A DNA stretch of 64,000 nucleotides from an uncultured Spirochaetota bacterium (GTDB taxonomy: Bacteria; Spirochaetota; Spirochaetia; SZUA-6; CAVTHK01), in the NCBI GenBank assembly GCA_963734495.1, contig CAVTHK010000009.1, forward strand, positions 360,062-424,061, read 5' to 3'. Both the position numbers and the translations under genes were made by a program. The notes beneath the pieces were generated by a model. That model was not told the DNA's origin. It ran no database searches and worked only from the letters and a program-made list of their open reading frames with translations. This document shows, in pieces, positions 1-9,453 of the stretch; position 1 is the stretch's first letter; the number at the start of each line of letters is the position of its first letter.

Positions 1-1886
1 GCGAACTCCGGCGCATCGATCGTCTCGATCTCGAGCAGCCGCTCGGCCACCCGCTTGAGCGCCGGCTCGTCCTTCCTGAGCCGCTCCAGCACGACCTTGT
101 AGCGCTCGTCGATGATGCGGGCGGTCTCCTCGTCTATGTACTTCTGGGTGCTTTCGGAGTACTCCCGCTGGATGGTGTACGCCTGCTCGCCGAGGAAGAC
201 GCTGGACTTGCGGTAGGGCAGGTGCACGTTGCGGAACTGCTCGCTCATGCCGTACTCGGTGATCATCCGGTTGGCGATGTCGGTCGCGCGCGAGAGGTCG
301 TTGGCCGCCCCGGTCGAGACCGTGCCGAAGGTGATCTCCTCGGCCGCGCGGCCGCCGAGCAGGACGTCGATGCGGCCGAGGAGCTCCTCGCGCGTCATGA
401 GGTAGCGTTCCTCCGTCGGGAGCTGGATGGTGAAGCCGAGGGCGCCCATGCCGCGCGGCACGATCGAGATCTTCTGCACGGGGTCGGCGCCCGGCGTCCC
501 CTGGGCGACCAGCGCGTGGCCGGATTCGTGGAAGGCCACGATCCGCTTCTCGTCGGGCGAGATGAGCTTGTTGGTCTTCTTGAGCCCGGCGACCACCTTT
601 TCGACCGCCTCGGCAAAGTCGGCCTGCACGACCTTGTCGCGACCCTCCCGCACCGCCAGCAGGGCCGCCTCGTTGACGAGGTTGGCGAGGTCTGCGCCGA
701 CGAATCCCGGCGTCGCCCGCGCTACGATCTTCAAGTCAACGGAGGGATCCAGCTTGACCTCGCGGGAGTGGATGCGGAGGATCGCCTCCCGGCCGGCGAG
801 GTCGGGCTTGTCGATCAGCACCTGCCGGTCGAAGCGGCCGGGCCTCATGAGCGCCGGGTCCAGGATCTCGGGGCGGTTGGTCGCCGCGAGGATGATCACG
901 CCCGCGCGCGCGTCGAACCCGTCCATCTCCACGAGGAGCTGGTTCAGTGTCTGCTCGCGCTCGTCGTTGGTGCTGAGCCCGGCCGCGCGGCTCTTGCCGA
1001 TCGCGTCCAGCTCGTCGATGAAGATGATGCACGGCGCCTTCTGGCGCGCCTGCTTGAACAGGTCGCGGACGCGCGCGGCGCCGACGCCCACGAACATCTC
1101 GACAAAGTCCGCGCCGCTCATGCGGAAGAACGGCACCCCTGCCTCGCCCGCGACCGCCTTGGCCATCATGGTCTTGCCGGTCCCGGGCGCGCCGACGAGC
1201 AGGACGCCCTTGGGGATCTTGCCGCCGATGGCCGTGTACTTCTGCGGCGTCTTGAGGAAGTCGACCACCTCCACGAGCTCGGCCTTGGCCTCGTCCGCGC
1301 CCGCCACGTCGGCGAATCGGACGCCCGTTTCCCCCTCGGAGACGATCTGGGCTTTACTGCGGCCAAAGGAGAGCACGTCCGTCCCGGAGGCTCCCATGCG
1401 CTTGAACAGCATGCGCCAGACGACCCAGAACAGCAGGATCGGCACGACCCAGCTCATGATCATGGCGAGGAACGGGCGATTCTGCGCCGGCACGGCGTAG
1501 TACTCGACGTTCTTCTCGTCCATCAGCGGGACAAAGGTCGGGTCGGTGACGCTCGCGGTCTTGTATTCCTTGGCGCTCTTGGCCTGCCCGCCCGCGATCT
1601 CCTCGCGGGTGGCCGACAGGCCCACGTAGTACGTGTCCGTGATCTCGACCCGCTTGATCTGCCCCGAGCGTATCAGCTCCTTGAACGTGCTGTAGTCCAC
1701 GAGCTCCTCGCGGGGCTGCATGAGGACCTGGTTGAGGACCACCATCGCGACGAGGACGGCGAGGAAGTACCAGAGCGAAAAGCGGAACTGGTTCTTGTGG
1801 ATCGGTCCGATCAGGGGCTCGCGTTCCCCGGGCCCAGCGTTCTTGTCAGGTTTTTTCCACGGTTTTTCTTCTCTGCCGTTTGTCAT
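1..1886 (-). CDS. ftsH: ATP-dependent zinc metalloprotease FtsH (3' end runs off the window)
   Basis: Manual minus-strand translation from ATG 1886: N-terminal TM segments, Walker [14 protein letters not shown], Walker [22 protein letters not shown] zinc motif AFHESGHAL. Confidence 0.96.
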   Translation of the reverse strand, partial: MTNGREEKPWKKPDKNAGPGEREPLIGPIHKNQFRFSLWYFLAVLVAMVVLNQVLMQPREELVDYSTFKELIRSGQIKRVEITDTYYVGLSATREEIAGGQAKSAKEYKTASVTDPTFVPLMDEKNVEYYAVPAQNRPFLAMIMSWVVPILLFWVVWRMLFKRMGASGTDVLSFGRSKAQIVSEGETGVRFADVAGADEAKAELVEVVDFLKTPQKYTAIGGKIPKGVLLVGAPGTGKTMMAKAVAGEAGVPFFRMSGADFVEMFVGVGAARVRDLFKQARQKAPCIIFIDELDAIGKSRAAGLSTNDEREQTLNQLLVEMDGFDARAGVIILAATNRPEILDPALMRPGRFDRQVLIDKPDLAGREAILRIHSREVKLDPSVDLKIVARATPGFVGADLANLVNEAALLAVREGRDKVVQADFAEAVEKVVAGLKKTNKLISPDEKRIVAFHESGHALVAQGTPGADPVQKISIVPRGMGALGFTIQLPTEERYLMTREELLGRIDVLLGGRAAEEITFGTVSTGAANDLSRATDIANRMITEYGMSEQFRNVHLPYRKSSVFLGEQAYTIQREYSESTQKYIDEETARIIDERYKVVLERLRKDEPALKRVAERLLEIETIDAPEF

Positions 1887-1960
1887 GAAATTCATAGTAA
1901 TACTCGCGGGCAACGGGATCAATGCAGGGTGAAGGCCTTCGCGGGTCCCGCTGAGCGTGC

Positions 1961-2929
1961 CTACGCCGGCGTCGAGAGCCCGGCGAAGAACGCGGCGAGG
2001 TCGACGTTGCCGCCGCTCAGGATCACGCCCACGCGCGCCCCCGCGAGCTCCAGCTTGCCGGCGAGCAGCGCGGCCAGCGGCACCGCCCCCGACGGCTCGA
2101 CCACGAGCTTGGCGCGCTCCCAGAGGAAGCGCATCGCTTCGACGATCTCGCTCTCGCTCACGGTGACGATGCCCTCGAGGTGGCCGCGCAGCAGGGCGAA
2201 CGTGCGCTCGCTCAGGTTGGTGCGCAGCCCGTCGGCGATCGTGTCGGCGCGCGCATTCGCGACGATGCGGCCGGCCTCGAGCGAGCGGCGCGCGTCGTCG
2301 GCGCGCTCGGGCTCCACGCCGAAGACCCTGACCGCGGGCGCGAACCCGTGCGCGGCGACGCAGGTGCCGCTCATGAGGCCGCCGCCGCCGATGGGCGCGA
2401 GCACGGCGTCGAGCCCGCCGGTCTCCTCGAGCAGCTCGAGCGCCGCCGTCCCCGCCCCCGCGATGATCCGGTCGTCGTCGTAGGGGTGCACGAGCGCGAG
2501 GCCGCGCTCCGCGATGAGGCGGCTCGTGGCCTGCTCGCGCGCGGCGAGGGTGTCGTCGCAGAGCACCACCTCGGCGCCGTAGGTGTCGCGGGTGGCCGCC
2601 AGCTTGGGCGGCGAGGAGCCGCGCGGCATCACGACGACGGCGCGCACGCCGGCGAGGCGCGCGGCGAGCGCGAGCGCCTGCGCGTGGTTGCCGCTGGAGT
2701 GCGCCACCACGCCGCGGCCGCGCTCGGCGGGCGAGAGCTGCGCGACGGCGTTGTACGCGCCGCGGAACTTGAACGCGCCCATCCTCTGGAAGCTCTCGCA
2801 CTTGAGGAAGACGGAGCAGCCGAGGCGGGCGTCGAGCGTGCGCGAGGTCATCACGGGGGTGCGGCGGGCGACGCCCGCCAGCCGCGCTGCCGCGGCGCGG
2901 ACGTCAGCGAAGCCCGGGAATTCGAGCAT
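1961..2929 (-). CDS. PLP-dependent threonine/serine dehydratase (serine racemase-like)
   Basis: LKCESFQRMGAFKFRGA, SSGNHAQ, PIGGGGL, VEPSGA, SGGNVD motifs; start taken at MLEFPG (ATG 2929). Confidence 0.92.
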   Translation of the reverse strand: MLEFPGFADVRAAAARLAGVARRTPVMTSRTLDARLGCSVFLKCESFQRMGAFKFRGAYNAVAQLSPAERGRGVVAHSSGNHAQALALAARLAGVRAVVVMPRGSSPPKLAATRDTYGAEVVLCDDTLAAREQATSRLIAERGLALVHPYDDDRIIAGAGTAALELLEETGGLDAVLAPIGGGGLMSGTCVAAHGFAPAVRVFGVEPERADDARRSLEAGRIVANARADTIADGLRTNLSERTFALLRGHLEGIVTVSESEIVEAMRFLWERAKLVVEPSGAVPLAALLAGKLELAGARVGVILSGGNVDLAAFFAGLSTPA

Positions 2930-3000
2930 GGCCGCATCGTACACAACCGACCCTTCCCCTGTCACGCGATGACGGCTATAGTGCCGTCGGAGGTCGTCCG

Positions 3001-4047
3001 ATGGGACTGGGCTTCGGGATCGTCGGGGTGGGAATGATCGCCGGCTTTCACGCGCGGGCGATCGCCGAATCGGGCTGCGGCCGGCTCGTCGCCTGCTGCG
3101 ACATCGACGCCGGCCGCGTGCAGGGCTTTGCCGCCGCGCACGGGTGCAAAGGCTATACGGAAGTCGGCGCCTTCCTGCGGCACCCGGGGCTGGACATCGT
3201 GAACATCTGCACGCCCTCCGGCCTGCACCTCGAGCCCGCACTCGCGGCCATTGAAGCCGGGAAGCACCTGCTGATCGAAAAGCCCATCGAGATCTCCCTC
3301 GAGCGCATCGACCGGATCATCGAGGCGGCCGACCGGCGGCGCGTCACGGTGGCGGGGATCTTCCAGTCGCGTTTCAGGGAGGGCGCCCGGGCGGTCAAGA
3401 AGGCCGTCGAATCGGGACGCCTCGGCCGGCTCGTTCTCGGCGACGCGTACGTCAAGTGGTTCCGGTCGCAGGAGTACTACGACAGGGGCGGCTGGAAAGG
3501 CAAGATCCGCATCGACGGCGGCGGCGCGCTGATGAACCAGTCGATCCACGCGATCGACCTGCTGCAGTGGTTCATGGGCCCGGTGGCGGCGGTCGAGGCG
3601 TACAAGACGACCCTCGCTCACCAGCGGATCGAGGTCGAGGACGTGGCCGTGGCCGCCCTGCGGTTCGCCAACGGGGCGCTCGGGGTGATCGAAGGATCCA
3701 CGGCTGTCTGGCCCGGATTCCTCAAGCGGATCGAGCTCTCCGGCACGGCGGGCAGCGTGACGCTGGAAGAGGACACGGTGCGCACCTGGAGCTTCGCCGA
3801 GGAGCGCGACGAGGATCGGGAAATCCGCCGGAGGCTCGGCGCCGCGGACACGGCGGGAGGCGGCGCGTCCGACCCGGCCGCCATCGACCACACCGGCCAC
3901 ATGCTGGAGTTCCGGGAGATCGTCGCCTCGATCGAAGCCGGCACGCCGCCGCTGCTCGACGCCCGGGAGGCGCGCAAGTCGGTGGAGATCATCCTCGCGA
4001 TCTACCGGAGCGCCGAGACCGCGAGGGAGGTCGTCCTTCCTCTCTAA
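3001..4047 (+). CDS. Gfo/Idh/MocA family oxidoreductase
   Basis: GIVGVGMIA Rossmann motif, IEKP, GGGALMNQSIHAID. Confidence 0.93.
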   Translation: MGLGFGIVGVGMIAGFHARAIAESGCGRLVACCDIDAGRVQGFAAAHGCKGYTEVGAFLRHPGLDIVNICTPSGLHLEPALAAIEAGKHLLIEKPIEISLERIDRIIEAADRRRVTVAGIFQSRFREGARAVKKAVESGRLGRLVLGDAYVKWFRSQEYYDRGGWKGKIRIDGGGALMNQSIHAIDLLQWFMGPVAAVEAYKTTLAHQRIEVEDVAVAALRFANGALGVIEGSTAVWPGFLKRIELSGTAGSVTLEEDTVRTWSFAEERDEDREIRRRLGAADTAGGGASDPAAIDHTGHMLEFREIVASIEAGTPPLLDAREARKSVEIILAIYRSAETAREVVLPL

Positions 4048-4064
4048 AGAGCGGCGCGCCGTTT

Positions 4065-4174
4065 CCTCTCGACACAGCAGGGCACCTGACGCGCCCCCCC
4101 GGGTCGAAACGACTCAGGGCGGCCATGGGGTGGACGCGGGGACCGGCGCGTTATCGCCCGGAGACGCCGAGGGG
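4065..4174 (+). ncRNA. Candidate structured RNA (three-way junction), identity uncertain
   Basis: Nested stems: CCTCTCG(4065-71)/CGAGGGG(4168-74); CACCT/GGGTG; CGCCC/GGGCG; GGGTCG-AAA-CGACTC; CCGG.GCG-TTAT-CGC.CCGG; followed by an AT/U-rich tract. Confidence 0.35.
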
Positions 4175-4214
4175 CGCCGCAGCCGCCTTCATTTATATCT
4201 TTTTTTCATAGATA

Positions 4215-4440
4215 GATATCCGGCGCAGGGCCTCGACAGGCTGCAGCGGGAGATCAATCGTCTGTTCGAGCTCCCGCGCTCGGTCGAAGCCCATGGGCTC
4301 TTCGACCGCACCGTTTCTCGCTCCCGGCCACCGTCGACCCGGACAAGGTGACCGCGGTTTTCAGAGACGGCGTCCTGGAGATCACCATCGGAAAGCGCGA
4401 AGAGGCGCGGCCCAGGCGGATCGCCGTACCCGGCAGGTCG
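4215..4440 (+). pseudogene. Hsp20/alpha-crystallin small heat-shock protein remnant with an internal deletion
   Basis: N-terminal-type [13 protein letters not shown]...GLFDRTVS joined out of frame to C-terminal [36 protein letters not shown]; the core beta strands are missing. Confidence 0.75.
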
Positions 4441-4521
4441 ACGGCGCCTGCCGGCGCCGAGTACACTGTAGATGGAATGCGCGGGGCGCGGCCCGCCCCG
4501 CCCCGCGCGATGGGAGCTCAT

Positions 4522-5536
4522 GTGGCCGTCAAGTTCCGTGATTACTACGAGACTCTCGGAGTCGCGCGCAGCGCCTCGCAGCCGGAGATCCAGCAGGCGT
4601 ACCGCAAGCTCGCGCGCCAGTATCACCCCGACGTGAACAAGAGCGGCGGCGCCGAGGAAAGGTTCAAGCAGATCAACGAGGCGTACGAGGTGCTCCGCGA
4701 CCCGGAGAAGCGCAGGCGCTACGACGCCCTGGGCGACGGGTGGCGCACGGGCGAGGACTTCACGCCGCCCCCGGGCTGGGACTTCGGCTTTGGAGGCGCG
4801 GGCGGGTCCGGTTCGAACGGGGGCTTCAGCTTCGACTTCGGCGACCTCGGCCGCGGGTTCAGCGACTTCTTCGACCAGCTCTTCGGGGGCGGCGCGGGCA
4901 GCGCCGGCGGCGGCCGCGCACCGGGCGGCGGCGGGTTCCGGGGCTTCGGCGGGTTCGGCCGCGACCGCGAAACCGAGGCGGCGCCTCGGCCAGGACACGC
5001 AGGCGGAGCTCACGATCCCGCTCGAGGACGCCTATCACGGCGGCCGGCGGACCGTCACGCTCGAGAGCCGCGAGCAGGGACCTAACGGGTCCGTCCGGCG
5101 GGGGAGCCGCACCTTCGAGGTGACCATCCCCGCCGGGGTCACCGACGGCCGGAAGCTGCGCCTGAAGGGCCAGGGGGAGGCGGGATCCGGCGGCCGCGGC
5201 GACCTCTACATAACGGTCCACCTCGCTCCGCACGCGACCTTCCGGGTCAAGGACAAGGACCTCGAGGTGGACGTCCCGGTCACGCCGTGGGAGGCCGCCC
5301 TCGGCGCCGAGGTGGAGGTGCCGACGCTCGAGGGGCGCGCCCGCGTGCGGATCCCCCCGGGGATCCGCTCGAGCCAGCGCATCCGCATCAAGGGCCGCGG
5401 CCTCGGCGCCGCCGACGAGCGCGGCGACGTCTACGCGGCCATCCGCATCGAGGTGCCGCGGCGGCTCTCGCCGAAGGAGCGGCAGCTCTTCGAGGACCTC
5501 GCCGGCGCTTCGCAGTTCAACCCCCGCAAGGAGTAG
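4522..5536 (+). CDS. DnaJ-class (CbpA-like) chaperone without Zn finger; one frameshift near 4985
   Basis: J domain (DYYETLGV...HPDVNK), G/F-rich region, C-terminal domain GDLY...PWEAALG in a second frame; GGAG RBS before GTG 4522. Confidence 0.9.
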
Positions 5537-5591
5537 GGGGGAGGGCAAGGTGAAGGCGGGTGCGCTGCGCTCTCGCGGTTGCGGGGGCCTG

Positions 5592-5621
5592 TTGACTGCG
5601 GCCGCGAGGGCGTGATAGACC
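5592..5621 (+). promoter_or_regulatory. Putative sigma70-type promoter for the tyrS leader
   Basis: TTGACT (5592-97), then TG-a-TAGACC (imperfect -10, 18-nt spacer), 7 nt upstream of the leader ATG. Confidence 0.4.
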
Positions 5622-5628
5622 CCTCGAC

Positions 5629-5703
5629 ATGAGCAGCGTCGCTGCGTTCGTGATCTTCGTCTATCCCTATCCTCTCTCGCGAAGCGGGGCGAGGTCGGGG
5701 TAG
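5629..5703 (+). CDS. Leader (attenuator) peptide MSSVAAFVIFVYPYPLSRSGARSG
   Basis: 24-codon ORF with Phe-x-x-Phe-x-Tyr-Pro-Tyr (both Tyr are TAT), directly upstream of a terminator and tyrS. Confidence 0.7.
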   Translation: MSSVAAFVIFVYPYPLSRSGARSG

Positions 5704-5726
5704 GCGCGCACGGTGTGAACGTGAGG

Positions 5727-5758
5727 GCCCCCGGGCTTCGGCCCGGGGGCTTTTTTTT
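5727..5758 (+). terminator. Intrinsic terminator (attenuator) upstream of tyrS
   Basis: Perfect 10-bp stem GCCCCCGGGC-TTCG-GCCCGGGGGC followed by T8. Confidence 0.9.
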
Positions 5759-5812
5759 GCCGGCGCCGGCCGGCCCCCCGGACCGGACGCCGCGGCGGGC
5801 GAGGGGGACGAC

Positions 5813-7085
5813 ATGACGATCGAAGAGCAGGTGCGGTTCCTGATGCAGGGGACCGAGTACGGCGACGCCGCCCTGGCGGCGAGCATGGAGCGCGAGCTGC
5901 GCGAGCGCCTGGTGGAGGCCGGCCGGGAGGGCCGCCGCCTGCGGGTCTACTGCGGCTTCGACCCGCGCACGACCGACCTGCACATCGGGCACACGGTCCC
6001 CATCCGCAAGCTTCGCCAGTTCCAGGAGCTGGGCCACCACGTCATGTTCGTGGTCGGGACCTTGACTTCGACGATCGGGGACCCTTCGGACCAGGACCGG
6101 CTGCGGGCGACGCTGACCGCGGAGCAGGCGGAGGAGAACGGCCGGACCTACGCGGAGCAGGCGTTCCGCATCCTCGATCCCGTGAAGACCGAGGTGCTCT
6201 TCAACCACGAGTGGCTCGCGGGGCTTCCGTTCGCGGAGCTCATCCGGATGGCGTCGCAGTTCTCGCTCCAGCAGATCCTCGCGCGCGAGACCTTCCGCCG
6301 GCGCTTCGAGTCGGGCGACGCGATCTGGCTGCACGAGACGTTCTACTCCCTCATGCAGGCGCACGACGCGAGCCACCTCGCGGCCGACGTCCAGATCGGC
6401 GGGAGCGACCAGCTCTTCAACATCGTCACCGCGGGCCGCAGGCTGATGGAGGCCCGCGGGCAGAGACCCAACATCGCGGTGATCCTCGGGATCCTCCCGG
6501 GCACGGACGGCAGGACCAAGATGAGCAAGTCCCTCGGCAACCACATCCCGATCCTGGCGCCGGCCGCGGACATGTACGGGAAGGTGATGAGCGTTCCCGA
6601 CGAGGCGATGGCCGCGTACTTCTCGCTCGTGACGCCGCTCGCGCCCGACGAGATCGCGGACGCGATGCGCGGCCACCCGCGGGACGCGAAGATGCGCCTG
6701 GCACGGGAGATCGCGGCCGTGTTCCACGGCGGCGAGGCGGCGGCCGCCGCCGAGCGCGAGTTCGTCGCGGTCTTCCGGGAACGCGAGGCGCCCGGCGACG
6801 CCCCGCGGCACGCGCTCGCCGCCGGCGCCCCGCTGCTGGAGGTGCTGGTGGCCGCGGGGCTCGCGGCGAGCCGCAGCGAGGCGCGGCGGCTGGTCGCGCA
6901 GGGCGCGGTGAGCCTCGACGGCAGGACGCTGGCGGACGCGGCCGAGGCGCGTGGCGGCGGGCGGGCTGCTGCGGGTGGGGCGCCGGCGGTTCGTCCGCCT
7001 GGTGGCCGCGCCCGCGGCGCCGGCCGCGCCCGCCGCTCCGAGCGTGACGCCGCCGCCCGGTTCTGGTAGCATGGAGCGCGCATGA
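5813..7085 (+). CDS. tyrS: Tyrosine--tRNA ligase; frameshift near 6950 in the S4 domain
   Basis: YCGFDP..DLHIGH, GGSDQ, KMSKS; the S4 tail LLRVGRRRFVRLV is in another frame and ends at TGA 7083-85, overlapping the next ATG. Confidence 0.95.
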
Positions 7086-8335
7086 GCACCGCCTTTGCCG
7101 ATCGCATCGCGGGCGTGCCGCGTTCGTTCATCCGCGAGATCCTCAAGGTGGCGGCGGACCGCTCCGTCATCTCCTTCGCCGGCGGCCTGCCGAACCGCGA
7201 CCTCTTCCCGGTCGAGGAGATACGGGCCGCCGCGGACAAGGTCCTCCGCGACGACGGCGCCGACGCCCTGCAGTACGCCACCTCCGAAGGCTACCCTCCG
7301 CTGCGCGAGCTCATCGCCGAGCGCTACGCGAGGCGCGGGGTCGCCGTCGATCCCGCGGACATCCTGATCACCAGCGGCTCCCAGCAGGGGCTCGACCTCC
7401 TCGGCAAGACCCTGCTCAACGAAGGCGACCACCTCGTGATCGAGGAGCCGGGCTATCTCGGCGCGATCCAGGCCTTTGCCGTCTACCGGGCGACGTTTCA
7501 CCCCGTGCCGCTTCGAGGCCACGGCATCGACACCGCCCGCCTCGAGCGCGAGCTGGCGAGCGCTCCGGTCCGCCTCTACTACGCGGTGCCGAACTTCCAG
7601 AACCCTTCGGGGATCACCTACGACGGCGCGACGCGGCGCGCGGTGGCCGACATCCTGCGGCGCACGAGCACCGTTTTCGTGGAGGACGACCCGTACGGCG
7701 AGCTGCGTTTCCGCGGCGAGAGCCAGCCTTCATTCTCCACTCTCCTCGAGGAGCGCTGCGTTCTTCTCGGGAGCTTCTCCAAGATCGTGGCCCCGGCGTT
7801 CCGCATCGGCTGGCTCGTGGCGAAGGGCGAGCTCATGGAGAAGCTCCTGATCGCGAAGCAGGCCTCGGACCTTCACACCAACTCTCTCGGGCAGCGGATC
7901 ATCCATCGCTATCTCCTCGACAACCGCGTCGAGGAGCACATCGCGCGCATCCGGGCCGCCTACGGACGGCAGCGCGACGCGATGGTCGCCGCGATCCGGG
8001 CGACGTTCCCCGCCGGCGTTCGCTGCACCGAGCCCGAAGGCGGCATGTTCCTCTGGGTCACGCTCCCCGAAGGCGCGTCGTCGATGCGCCTCTTCGAGCG
8101 GGCCATCGCGCGCAAGGTGGCGTTCGTCCCGGGGGCGCCCTTCTACGTGGGCCGGGCCGACACCAACACGATGCGGCTGAACTTTTCCAGCGTCGACGAA
8201 AAGACGATAGAAGAAGGGATTGGGCGGCTGGCCGCGGCGCTGCGCGAGGGTCCGCCGGGTACGGCGGACTTGGGACTTCGCGACCCCACGAGTACATGGG
8301 GCAAATGGGACGCGAAGTCATGGGAGACGCGATGA
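7082..8335 (+). CDS. PLP-dependent class I/II aminotransferase (LysN/Aro8-like)
   Basis: ISFAGGLP, NFQNPSG, EDDPY, GSFSK...RIGW, PEGGMFLW. Confidence 0.93.
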   Translation: MSTAFADRIAGVPRSFIREILKVAADRSVISFAGGLPNRDLFPVEEIRAAADKVLRDDGADALQYATSEGYPPLRELIAERYARRGVAVDPADILITSGSQQGLDLLGKTLLNEGDHLVIEEPGYLGAIQAFAVYRATFHPVPLRGHGIDTARLERELASAPVRLYYAVPNFQNPSGITYDGATRRAVADILRRTSTVFVEDDPYGELRFRGESQPSFSTLLEERCVLLGSFSKIVAPAFRIGWLVAKGELMEKLLIAKQASDLHTNSLGQRIIHRYLLDNRVEEHIARIRAAYGRQRDAMVAAIRATFPAGVRCTEPEGGMFLWVTLPEGASSMRLFERAIARKVAFVPGAPFYVGRADTNTMRLNFSSVDEKTIEEGIGRLAAALREGPPGTADLGLRDPTSTWGKWDAKSWETR

Positions 8336-9453
8336 AGGTCGGGACCGTGCGCGAGATCAAGGCGCAGGAGTACCGGGTCGGGCTCATCCCCTCGGCCGTG
8401 CGCTCGTTCGTGAGCCGCGGGCACGCGGTCTTCGTCGAGCGCGGCGCGGGAGAGGCCGCGGGCTTTCCCGACGAGGAGTACGAGGCCGCGGGCGCGCGGG
8501 TGGTCGCGAGCCGCGACAAGATCTACGCCGAGGCGGACATGATCGTGAAGGTCAAGGAGCCGCTCCCCGACGAGCTTCCGCTCCTGCGCCGGGGCCAGAT
8601 CCTCTTTACGTACCTGCACCTCGCCGCCGCCCCCGACGTGGCGCGTGCCCTCGTGGAGCGGGGCGTCACGGGCGTCGCGTACGAAACGATCGAGACGGCG
8701 GACGGCGACCTCCCGTGCCTCAGGCCGATGAGCCAGATCGCCGGACGGCTCGCGGTGCAGGAGGGCGCGAAGTACCTCGAGAAGACTTTCGGCGGCCGAG
8801 GCGTCCTGCTCGGCGGCGTGCCCGGGGTGGCGCGCGGCAGGCTTGGCATCCTCGGAGGCGGCGTCGTGGGCATCAATGCCTGCAAGGTGGCCGTCGGGCT
8901 CGGCGCCGAGGTCACGATCCTCGACGTGAGCGCCAACCGTCTCGCGTACCTGGACGACATCTTCAGCACGCACATCACCACGCTCTACAGCACCGACGAC
9001 AACATCGAGCGCGTCCTCGCCGAGAGCGACCTGGTCATCGGCGCGGTCCTGCTGCACGGCGCGCGCACGCCGCGCCTCATCCGGCGCGAGCACCTCGCCC
9101 TGATGAAGAGAGGCGCGGTGATCGTCGACGTGGCCGTGGACCAGGGCGGGATCGCCGAGACCTCCCGGCCGACCACGCACGAGGACCCGGTCTTCGTGGT
9201 CGGCGGCATCGTGCACTACTGCGTGGCCAACATGCCGGGCGCGGTGGCGCTCTCCTCGACCCAGGCGCTCACCAGCACGACGCTCCCGTACGGGCTCGCG
9301 ATCGCGCAGGAGGGGCTCGAGGCCGCCTGCCGCGGCCTGCCCGCGCTCCGCAAAGGGCTGAACACGTACGACGGCCACTGCGTCTACCCCAGCGTCGCCG
9401 AGGCGTGCGGCCTCGACTACACCCCCGTGGAGCAGGTGCTCGGGGTCAAATGA
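8332..9453 (+). CDS. ald: Alanine dehydrogenase
   Basis: REIKAQEYRVGL, KVKEP, FTYLHLAA, DVAVDQGG, HYCVANMPGAV. Confidence 0.96.
   Translation: MKVGTVREIKAQEYRVGLIPSAVRSFVSRGHAVFVERGAGEAAGFPDEEYEAAGARVVASRDKIYAEADMIVKVKEPLPDELPLLRRGQILFTYLHLAAAPDVARALVERGVTGVAYETIETADGDLPCLRPMSQIAGRLAVQEGAKYLEKTFGGRGVLLGGVPGVARGRLGILGGGVVGINACKVAVGLGAEVTILDVSANRLAYLDDIFSTHITTLYSTDDNIERVLAESDLVIGAVLLHGARTPRLIRREHLALMKRGAVIVDVAVDQGGIAETSRPTTHEDPVFVVGGIVHYCVANMPGAVALSSTQALTSTTLPYGLAIAQEGLEAACRGLPALRKGLNTYDGHCVYPSVAEACGLDYTPVEQVLGVK

Noticed and set aside
4081-4180. glmS ribozyme or SAH riboswitch (partial word matches TTATCG, CCGAGGGGCGC)
   Set aside because: Core conserved nucleotides and the expected downstream genes are absent
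5560-5812. T-box riboswitch for tyrS
   Set aside because: No recognisable T-box (GGTGG.ACC) bulge or stem I motifs; the uORF model fits better
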